DNA of 64,000 bases from Zygnema circumcarinatum SAG 698-1b (Eukaryota > Plantae > Zygnematophyceae): positions 62,001 through 126,000 of the forward strand of contig CM074815.1 in NCBI GenBank assembly GCA_037447605.1. Direction: 5' to 3'. Under the pieces are notes generated by a model. That model was not told where the DNA came from, ran no database searches, and saw only the letters and a program-made list of their open reading frames with translations. The position numbers were made by a program, and so were the translations under genes. Each line of letters starts with the position of its first letter. The stretch's first letter is position 1. This document shows positions 39,801-50,400 of this stretch, piece after piece.

Positions 39801-42800
39801 GAGAGAGAGAGAGTGAGAGCGAGAGAGAGTGTGAGAGAGAGAGGGAGAGAGGGAGAGAGAGAGCAAAGGCAGGTGACTCGAACCCCCCCGGGTGCGGACG
39901 GCGGGAGCAGGCGAGTTCCCGGTGGACTGTCCGCTGGAGGACAGCGTGGTGCGCATAACCTACCGCGGGACGCTGCCGGAGGACGGCGGCCGCGTCTTCT
40001 GCGACACGCGGGCGGAGGTCGGCACGGGGGAGGGCATGGTCAGCCCTCGCCCCTCCGCCCCTGCATGTGCTCATGCTCATGCTCGCTCCTCTCCCTCTCC
40101 CTCTCCCTCTCCCTCTCCCACTCCCTCTCCCTNNNNNNNNNNCTCTCCCTCTCCCTCTCCCTCTCCCTCTCCCTCTCCCTCTCCCGCCCTCGGTCTCTCC
40201 CCTTACCCCGTCCATCCGATGGCCATCTGTTTTTCGGTTCCGCTCCCTGCCGCTCACCCTGTCTCTCGTTCGCTCTCTCCCTTGGCTCTCTTTTGCATGT
40301 GCGTGTGCTCGTGATTCATTCAAGGACAAAAAGTATTCATTTGTTTCTATCTCCCGTTCTCTCACTCAGGATTCTTCTCCCTTGTCCCTCTCGCTTCCAC
40401 TTGCCTTTTCTTTGCCTATTCTCCCCTTTTTCATTTTTTCATCATTTTCTTTCTGTGTGGTGATACTTGTAGATACCAGAAGCTCTGGACATGAGTGTAC
40501 GACTCATGGTGCCTGGAGAGGTGGCGAAGGTGACATCAATTTCGAAGTACGCTTTTGACAATTTTCCAAGGTGAAGACAAAAGTAACCAGCAAAAGCACC
40601 CTTTTTTCTATCTTCACTGTCACTTCTCCTTATCATTTCTTGAGGAGGATGGTGAGCGGAATCTTAATTACTGTAAGAACCTGAAATGAAAGTAAAAAGT
40701 AGTTATGTCACTTATTCTTCTGAACGTGAAAGGGTCTATTATGGATGGCTTGTGGGTGGCTTAGACCTGACGGAGTTCCTGAAGGGGCAAAAGTGGAGTG
40801 GGAGGTGGAACTTTTAGGGTTTGAAAGTCCTAAGGTAAAGACTTGAGCCGTTTGAATTTCTTCTCCTTGAATATTCGTTCTATCCCTTTCGCCTCCTTTC
40901 ATCTGCGCTCCGAAGAGGGAGGCAGGAAAAGCGAGGGATGAGAGTGGAGAGAGACGTGAGGGCGAGTCAAGAGGAGAGGGATACTGAGAGAGGAAAGGAA
41001 TGGAGCTGAGAGCAGATGGCGAAATTGGAGAAAGGGAGCTCAACCTTCCTCTTGTGTTTGCGCACCGCATGCAGGCGTGGGATGGTCTGAACTTTGACGA
41101 AATAATGGAGGAGACCCAAAGGCTGAAAGACCTTGTCAGTCGCAGCACAAAACTTAACCTCTCTCGCTCTCGGTTTGCCTGTGTGTCTCTCCCCCTCTCT
41201 CTCTCTTTCTCCCTCTCTCTCGCTCTTGCACTCACGCACACGCGCGTACACTCCCTATCTCCCTTCGTGCCTCTTGCCTTCTCTGTTTCGGTCGATTTTC
41301 CTTTCTTTGTTTACGCTTACACTTCTAAAAGTCCTCTTTACAGGCCAATGGAGTCTTCAGGAACACTCATTTCGCGCTCGCTCGCAACAAGTATGAGAAG
41401 GTCTGCAAACGTTTTTGGCTCATCTTTTGTACCCTAGTTTCAAGCATCACCGCAAAAAGTTTTGGCGTTGTTAAAATTGACTTTTCGTGTATTTTTGGGA
41501 AGTGGATTTCCTGAAGATTTCATGCCTCATTAGTTTAATGTTACTGTTTTTTGCCTTTTTTCTCTCTTTCATTTCATGTACTTGGCCTGTGTGGGATACT
41601 GGAATTTCAGCTGTTACGAGAACTCCAAAACGTACATCCACATAACGACGAAGAAACAGCGACTTTGAACGGAGTCAAGGTAAAAAAGAGTAAATGTGAT
41701 TTTTCAATCCAATTTTTCCAATTATCCCCTAACAGGATTACTGTTTGGCTTTTAATTATGGTTTTGCTGTTCAGAGGAATAATAACACGTGGCTACCTGT
41801 GGCTCTGACAGGTGTCCCTCCAGCTCAACGTAAGCGCCTGCTTTCAGAAAACGGAAGATTATGTGAAGGCGATAGAATGGGCGAATAAGGTGAGAACACA
41901 AAACAGGCTCGTTTTGTGGTCTCAGCGACAAGGCAAGACACCCGTACATATATGTAGAGAGAGAGGGAGAGAGAGACTTTGAAGATGCGACTCCTGACGC
42001 ACTGCTGAGAAGGGACGGGAGAAACCTGAAAAGGGAATTTGGGAAACGTGGAGAAGTAGGCGATGGGCCATTTGGGGTCTCTACTTTATTGCCTTTATTT
42101 TTTCTTTTCTGTTCTGATTTGCTGGCAAGCAATGCCTGCACTTCTTTGGGGGGGGGTAAAGGTGTTGGAGACGAATCCCGCGCATGTGAAGGCGCTGTTC
42201 CGTCGAGGCGTAGCCCAAACTAGTACGGGAGACTTTGACGAGGCTCGGCGTGACTTGGAAATGGTACATTTTGCGGCCCTGCTTGAGAGATGTTCGAGCT
42301 CTGTCGCTAACTCTATCTCTATCGCTGGATTCATTAAGGTTTTTCTAGACCTATGTTACCTTCCTAATTGGACAGGTGAACTGAACCTGGCCTATTTCGA
42401 TCCCTTGAATTGACTGTGCGTACTGAGAACATGCTTTGGGCCCCTTTTTCGGTTGATGAAGATGATGAGAGTTGATCCAACGTCAGAACAAGAGGCTCGG
42501 GCAGCGCTTGCAAGATTGAAAAAAAGAGAACAGGTGAGGGCCGNNNNNNNNNNCCCCCCCCCCCCCCCCCCCCCCCCCACCCCAAGCTTCGAAACCCCAG
42601 CTAAGCACGGACGTATGTGGTCAAAGCATGTGCTTGGTTTCGTGCTTTTCTGAGCACCAGATTTCTCAGCGAGTCATGAATCTGGTTCATGCAGGAATCT
42701 GAAGAGAAGGCCAAGAAACAGTTCAAAGGTCTCTTTGACAAGAAGCCGGGAGGGATTTCGGAGGAGGAGCCGACCACACCTCCAGCAGAGAAGGAGAGCC

Positions 42801-42940
42801 AAACGACACCCGCGAGTGGGCCCGCCGCTGAGACGAGCAATAATACCTCGAGGGCTTACAGTCTGCTCGGGCTGTACCGGCTCAGCCGCCGTGTACTCGG
42901 CAGCTTTGGCTCCACCATGGGCCGCTGCGAAATATTGTAA
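36850..42940 (+). CDS. PAS1: PASTICCINO1 / FKBP72: three FKBP domains plus TPR, about 19 exons
   Basis: LKAMMREGEGD..; APENVPKDEVLLFELEL; EGGGWEQPREPYEV; VRDVLGDGSVIKRRIRDGNGEFPVDCPLEDS; VEWEVELLGFESP; HVKALFRRG; KAKKQFKGLFDKKPG. Collinear with Arabidopsis PAS1. Confidence 0.93.
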
Positions 42941-43204
42941 CAACGCGCGCACGTGCCGAGTGGTGCTTTCTTGCCTTGAGGCGGACGGCTCTCAATTGTG
43001 CAAATGCTTCTGCGGACACTGTGAAATTTTTTGCTTGTGCCGACCTGTGCATTGCCGTCCTGCACGGACACCCTCATCGCTTTCATGTTCAATTGAACCA
43101 TGGCAGCCTGCGACTGTCGGTTCTGTCACAAGCCGCACAACGCACAAGCGGGTAACCGAGGAGAAGTGCCGTGGACCCGCCGCATGCCCACAGGCGACGC
43201 ATTT

Positions 43205-43380
43205 GAGCCGTCGGATCGACCTCCATGCGCAGGTCCGCGCCAGAGCCGTCGATCATCCTGCACGCGCAGGGCCGCGCCAGAGCCGTCGGATCATCCTGCA
43301 CGCTTAGAGCCGCGCTAGAGCCGTCCGATCATCCTTCACAGGCAGGGCCGCGGCAGAGCCGTCAGATCGTTTTGCACGCG
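43205..43380. repeat. Minisatellite with a ~37-bp unit, about 5 copies
   Basis: Consensus AGAGCCGTCGGATCATCCTGCACGCGCAGGGCCGCGCC repeated with variation. Confidence 0.8.
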
Positions 43381-43424
43381 ATGGTCCGTCTCTCTTGGAC
43401 GGCTCCGATGGGCCCCCGATTTCC

Positions 43425-43499
43425 GTACCATACCGTACCATAAGCCTCCATCCGTACGTAGACATTGGTACGATTGTACCACTGTACGAAATACAGTAC
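43425..43499. promoter_or_regulatory. GTAC cluster marking a probable promoter upstream of the RecG locus
   Basis: Seven GTAC cores in 75 bp, followed by ATGs in strong context at 43588, 43628 and 43652. Confidence 0.5.
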
Positions 43500-43651
43500 A
43501 AAGCCCAGCTCGTGGTTTGATGCCTCCTCCTCCGTGACGTGACACGAGCTTCTCCAAAAAGTCATTCAGTCGAGAGGAGAGGCAGCCATGGCCGCCCAGA
43601 CAGCTGGACGCTGGCGCCACTGAGACCATGGCGTAGCTGCAGGCAGCATCC

Positions 43652-46600
43652 ATGGCGGCTGAGCCTCCCCCCCACCGGAAGGGCGATCTAAATGCAGCTT
43701 CGCAGCCTACGATCCCTTGGAAACCTCAATCTCACCGCTGCAATGATCGCATCGAAGATGTAATTCAGGTACATGTTTTGTATGGCTCGAGTAGGAAATG
43801 TCTTTCCGTCTGATTCTAGAAAAGACTCTGTATTTTGAACGTTTGGACTCGTGAATGATACCTGCAGTTCAGCAAGTTCTGCAGCTGGCTGAGCACGACG
43901 CATAGACTAAAGCAGGCGGGTCGTAATGCTCTACCACTGGGGTGCTGTATTCCTTAGGGGCCCGAGCTAGTTTTAACTTACGTATCCAATTTCGCAAAAT
44001 TTCGGCTGTACAGGCTTTGTTTGAAAACAATTTTCTTACAATCGTTCCTGATCGCTGGCGTCTTTTTCGGGAGTGCATGCGCTCTCCACCAGGGTACGTG
44101 ATGCTGAAAAAAATCTGCTTTCTGAATTTTTTAGGGTTTCGCTATGTTTAAGTCGTTTCTTTGCTATAAAGTTTATCACGAGGTCATTCTTCTGGAGAAA
44201 TTCATGAAGAAAGTGTTAAATAATACTTCGTTTCGAGTTAACCCGTCGATGTCTTTAGCAGGAAAGTCAACGATAGCACTTTTGGGAGGAGTGTGCGGCA
44301 TGTCAAGCTGTAGTCTCATGTAAGCCTTTGTCATATTTTCAGGCAAGAACCGACAGCTCCCTTTCTTTATGTGAAGAGGAGTGCTGAAGACAGTGGTGGA
44401 TCCTCAAATTGACGAACATGTTGAGCGTGATACCCATAATTAGGAATTTCTAGTTGCAGGAGAAGGGTATATCTCAGGTAAGCCTAATCCTTCTCATTAG
44501 CCAGTGTCTTATGTCGGACAACAAGTTGACATCAATAATCTGGGGCTGGATTGTAAAGCAGCATATTGGAGCTTTTTCAAAGAACTTACCATATGTACTT
44601 GTAGAAGTTTTGTGACAGTTATGAACTCTATGAGCCCTATCAACCCTGTAAACTCTTAGATTCTATGGAGCATCGTCAGCTCGTGGTCGAAGCCCCTGAA
44701 ATACATGGAAGTTCTTTCAAAGCTAGAAAAGTCATCAACCATGCCATCCCTATTACGTGTGGACACCTTTAGTTGGAGGCAACTGCTAGCTCTACATGTG
44801 CTGGTGTGTGTTCAAGGCTAGGTGAACTAGGTCTTAGCATGCTCCTGAGTCTTCGACGACGATTAGAATTCAATGACAGTGCAGCGAATGCAGTTCGCTG
44901 ATTTTCTTTAGAATCGGAATCAAGCAATGTGACCATGCTTGTTAGCATTGCCCTGTATAGCTTGCTCGATTGTGACGGTACTGAGTAGTACACAAGTAGT
45001 TACGTGTACTCGATATGCAAGGTCGTACTGTAAAACGATTTTTTTTTTGCATTTTTATAACGTATGCATTTTTGTCTTACTTATGCTTAGAATAATAACG
45101 CACTCCTGGTAGGGATAGCGACTCCAAAGTCCAGTCTCGTGAAATTGTTTAAGAAGCTCGTGGAACTTTGAAGAAAAAAATTGAGGAATAGACAAATGGC
45201 TTCTTCCTAAACCGGCAAAATTCGCTGTTTCCTGAAATGTCCTGAAAACTCAACTTTCAAGTCAGTTAAGATGATGTGTCATCCTGTTGTTTGTTCTGGT
45301 TGCAGGACAAGCTGATTATGCACTAGGCAGCCATTTGGAAGTCGAATCTCATACATTTCCTGGAACTTTTTTGTATGCGTTGCTATTTGTCGGCAATCTG
45401 CTGCATCTCACAGTTCCTTCCGCAAGCCAGTTCAGTTCTCGTTCCTTGTTTTTGCACGACCATTCACTACCTTCGTTTCCGGAGCCGGTGTCGTTTCTGG
45501 AGATTTTTGGGGAGTTGGTTATGTCAGGAGGTTTCTTGTACGGAAATTTCGAGGCTTCATCGAACACTTTTAGCAGAACACGCCTTTTTCTTTCCTTTGT
45601 CAAACGCGACGCTTCGACTGTTGACGAGGAATCTTCTTCGTCCATGCTAGAGTTCTTCTTAGAACTGAACATTTCTCCTAAATGTCTTCAACCACACTCT
45701 ACTTCTTAGATCCGCTAAAGGAATCTAAACCTGCTATATTTGCAGAGGTTGGATGCGTCAGTTCTGCCATTAAATCTGTCCATATGGCTTTACCAAAGGG
45801 CGGGTCTGTAAAGGAAACCGTGATGATGGTTAACAAACTTTCCCTGGGATATACCTTAAAAGGTTATGGGCAAAGCTACTCCTGCTCGGGAAATGAGATA
45901 GGAAATTCCGTTAAGACCAATATCACTACAGGTACGAGTCAGAGGAAAGGCTCATTTTGCGACTCGTGTTTTTTGCTATTCGATGAAAACGCGATGGAGA
46001 TGCGACGATCATGGCGGTTCACTTTGAGTGGAGCTTCACTTGAAGCATCCGCTGTTTCAAGTTTTTCTGCGAAGCCCTTTCTAAGCCAATTCAAAACTCA
46101 AGGTCAGTGAAGCATTCCCTTAACAAATATTGCTTGCTTGATATTATCTGCTTGCTCTTCTTTCTCAAAGAATAAGACGATGAATGAGTGTTTCTGTTCT
46201 GCAAACATTCTATGCCGACCTAGGCAGATTGTAGACTATGATTTCAGACTGAGTACTGCAAGTCTTAGAAAGACAACCTGTCTGTCTGTGAAGTCCTATT
46301 TCTTTCCTGAGAATGTTTTGGTCTATCGGAGCCTGTTCAGTGGCACGAAGGAGTTCAGCTACTGGAGAATTGGCAGAATTTCAGCGAGAAGGCGAGGAGC
46401 AGGGCGCCGATGAAGCACAAGAACCACGTGGTGATTTGAAAGAGACATTGAAGGTATTTTGGTATTTTAGACCTTAAACTTGCCCTCATTCTTACCCCTT
46501 CCTGACCAAAATAGTTCATGAGATGGGAGGAGGGGAACTGCAAATGCTTCTTTGGAAAATTACATCTCAGAAAAGCATGTGTGCATTTGCTGTGCTGACA

Positions 46601-47150
46601 CTCATCGGAGTTAGTAGTAGGAATGATCACCCTCACAAGGTTTCAAGTGGCGCGCAGGATATGGAGACTACTTCTGCACGCATCGGCGGCTTCAGTAAGG
46701 AATTATCGATCAGTTTTGGAAAAGCCGATGAATCATCCCCCATTCACGGCGAGGTGAAGAGAGAGGAGTCAGGGAGACTGCACGCAATAGAAACTGCGAT
46801 TGTTTGGGAGGTTCGATCCAAGTACGCAAACATCGTAGGCGAATCAGGCAGGTCAGATACACAATCCTGTGTAAGAACACCACTATTTCCTCCGAGGGGC
46901 ACTGCTGCCAAGCGCAGAAGTTGCTTATCTTGAGAGTAAGCACCCTTAGGCTGCCAAATCTTCACAAAAGACTTGCTTGTGCAGCTATTTAGTGTATGTG
47001 TATGCACAGTTTTATGCAACAAGTCGCTGTACATGGATAAGCCGACACATTAAGGAGGTGATGAACGTCAGCAGTGGTCGTGCTAGTCCTTTTGGCAGAG
47101 GGAGCTTTTAGGCATATACAGGCTGTTCTGAACGAGATGGCATCAAGAAC
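43652..47150 (+). CDS. Candidate 5' exons of RecG, or a separate lineage-specific gene; no recognisable domain
   Basis: ATG 43652 to donor 43769 gives a 39-codon exon. Plausible internal exons at about 45746-45931/46102, 46341-46453 (ARRSSATGELAEFQREGEEQG..LK), 46640-46870 and 47099-47150. I could not close all phases. Confidence 0.3.
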
Positions 47151-47462
47151 GTGCTTTGTTCTACTATGTCTTGACCTTTAGGTGGAGCCGCGTAATTCGC
47201 AATAAATCTATTAGTTAGTCCGCGTATACATTTTGAAAAAGTCAGCTGAATGCGCGCTCAATCTTGTCAACATTTTTTGTAATGATCGATGATCATAGGG
47301 CGACCAAAAGCAGTGAAATTTCGCTTGTTTGAAGCTGTCATGATGTGTGAAATGTATGACTATAAATGCGTCATGATGATGTCCTATTGTTGTCCTGTTC
47401 TTTGTTGTTCGCTTGGTGACTTTCTTGTCAGTCTATGGCGATGTATTACGAAATTGTTTCAG

Positions 47463-50400
47463 GATAAAAGGAAGCGTTTAAACTGTTCAGAAGGCTTTTC
47501 TATCTTTAGGCCTGCCTCTGTTTGGAGTCAAGGGGTTCAATTCTGTGACTTTGAACTGCGTCAAACGGGCTCTATCCCATTGTCATTGTTAATGCCATCT
47601 CTACGGAGACCCGTCTCTCATCTCTACGGAGGCAAACTGATGGTTAGCTGATGGGCTCCTTCGCTTGGCCATGCATCCCCGGGCAGCTCGTTTGGAGAGT
47701 TCCTTGCTCACAGCTTGCAGGGTTACGGCCACCCCTCCGGCTCGAGCCTCGCGGGGATGGCCGCACTCTACAGCACGAGCAGCGCGAGGGGGAGGAAGAC
47801 ACTGCTCTCCAAGGTGGGGGACTCTCCTTCCCTCTGCTGCTTTCTCCACATGCAGGCAACACGTTTGGTTGACAGGAGACTCTCATCTGGACTCTTCTAT
47901 TTCATGGAAAGGAAAATACCCTGTTCACGTCCAGTTAATTAATAGTTAGTCAATTGCTTAGGGAGCTGGATACCAAGCACTAAAAGCCATCAGGGGAAAG
48001 CCATGAATCTGAGGGAACTCCGCCATAGTTGTTCATGTGAGCCACAGCAGCAATGTCAGGCTTGCTCCTTTTCTCTGCTTCTCCTCCTATTGGCCTCTCA
48101 TATGGAGGAGAATGTCTCTCACATGAAGTTGGGGCAGAATGTAGGGCTGGCATCATCTCACTTAGGGTTGTTCCTAGAGGGGGTCCCAGGTGGTGAAGGA
48201 GATGCTGGAGATTGAAAGTTTGGAAGAACTGCTCAACGACTATGACGCACGGGAGGCAGCCCTCGCCTCTTTGGAGCCCAAACCTGCCGATGTTGCGGAG
48301 AAAAGAGGTTTTAGTTCAGCTGCCCAGTTGAGTATGTGGGACCGGCCGGCTTCAGATGTTGCTGCGCATTCATACCTAGAGGGACCTTCCACGTTATCTG
48401 AAGAAAAAGCTTCGCTGCCCCTTCAGTGCGAAGAAGAAGGCTCGGATTTTTCTGGAGATGCTAGAAGTGAAGGTTTCTTGCGTGGAGTACATCACGTAAC
48501 TCTATCCGATTCCGAGTGCAGAGTGGCTGAAGGAAATGACGAAATGGATATCCAGTGGCAAGGAGCAATTGAATCTCTTGAGGTGGAACTCCCATCTCCG
48601 AGGAAACTGCTACTGGATAATAGCAGCTTTTTAGGTGTTGGCACAGAGCCGGTCGGGTTTTCTGACTCGGAAAGGGGCACGTCACTTCCTCCTTATGAAG
48701 TATCTCCCTCTCCCCTCCTTCCTCCCTCCTCATCTGCTCCTCCCCCTTCGAGTTTCAAGCATTACCTTGAGAGGGAATCGAGACCCTCTTCCCGTTCCTT
48801 CACAAAGCTATATTTTGGTCCAACGAATTTGAGGACCCCTCCTCCTGAAACCAATGCGCAAGAAAAGTTACTATGGTGGACTCACAACTATCCGGCTATT
48901 AAGTTTGGGAGTGACGAGCCTCAGGCTTTCGCTGGAAGCAGCAGTTTAATGAATAGGTCAGAGCAGAATGTCGAATTGTCAGAAATTTCAGTTTTGGAGG
49001 CAGGTGCTGGGGGAGGCATGGTTGGAGAAGTAGGAGAAGGAAATGCAGACCCGATTAAGGAAGAGCTCGAGAAGAAAAGTTGGCATTTGCTTCAAGCAAT
49101 TGAAGGGCAGGAAAGCCTAAGTGTTGATGGGGATGCAGTGCAGAAGAGTTTTTTTCGCAGCATGGATACGGCTCCTCAAGCAGAAGACGCGGCGAAATTG
49201 GATAGTCAGAGAGAATGGGGAGAATCCGCCCAAGAGTGGACTGCTGATCTGGAGTGGGAAAATGAGAGAGAGCAAAGTGGGAGTGAGTCGGAGGACGAAG
49301 GGGAGGGAGTGGGAAGCATTGAGCTGATGGCGAAGAGGAGGAGTAGGAAGAGAGGTGCAAAGGTTCACATCGACTCTGCCTTAGGGACAGGCTTAGACTT
49401 GCCCCTCGATTCAGCCAAGTATTTGACACCTTCTCAGCGGCGCAGATTGAAGGAGGAGGGCTTTTACACGGTGAAGCCTGTAGACCTAAGAAAACAAATG
49501 CGTCATCACCATCATCGTCAAACCATCAAACTTATACAGCTTGGAATCATTATGCTTTTCCATAAGTAGTACATGAGCCCAATCTTGCCAGCCTCTCGAC
49601 CGACAAACAAGCAGATTTTCCTGCTGAAACTTTAGAGCCAGAAACTGCTTTTGAAATGAGGAGGTTTCATTTCCATGAATAGGCCAGACTGTGGAGCAAC
49701 ATTTGACCGCAGAGGAAGGGCGGAGTGCAGGTGAGGCAGCTTTTGGAGTACTACCCGCGCACGTACATCGGCTACTCCAACGCCCTCGGCTGCCCTGCGG
49801 ATGGCAGCCATATTGCAGTGGACGGGACTGTCGTAAGCAGCAGGTTGGTTCTCCATCTCTCGTTCCCTCTCTCTTTTCTTTGCCCTCCCGCCCTCTCTCT
49901 CTCTCTCTCTCCACATCCTCTCTCTTTCCCCCTCCCCCCACTCACTCTCTCCTCCTTTCTCCTCCCCTCTCTCTTTTTCAAAGCATACATGCATATCCAT
50001 ATACACGAATACATGCATCGTTAATCCGGAATCATCTTGAGCCGAACCTGCTTGAAACGTTTGGATTCTGCAAGTTCCTTGATTGAACTGTGATGCCCTT
50101 CGGAGCTTCCCTTTCCGCTTCTCCCCTCAGGCTGAAGAGCGTGAAGGGGCTCGTCGTGCTGGAGATGATGGTGCGCTGCAACTCAGCTCCGACGCAGGTT
50201 GAAGGGGAGGAGTTCACAGAGTACTTTTTGCATTGGAAGATGTTCAGGAAGGTGGGGTGGTATGGGGCACGTTCAGCCGTTGCTCATTTCCAGAAAAGTT
50301 TTCCGGAAGGATGTTCGGTTCTGGCTACGGGAAAGGTGGGTGCATATTGCTCCCAATCAGGTTATGTCTCGATGTTCCTTAGTGTCTTTTTGAGAGCTAC

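Noticed and set aside
43205-43380. CRISPR-like appearance of the 37-bp repeats
   Set aside because: Units are contiguous with no unique spacers, there are no cas genes and the context is eukaryotic.
45349-45672. 107-aa charged minus-strand ORF
   Set aside because: No domain, the upstream frame has stops, and splice signals favour the plus strand; cannot be supported.
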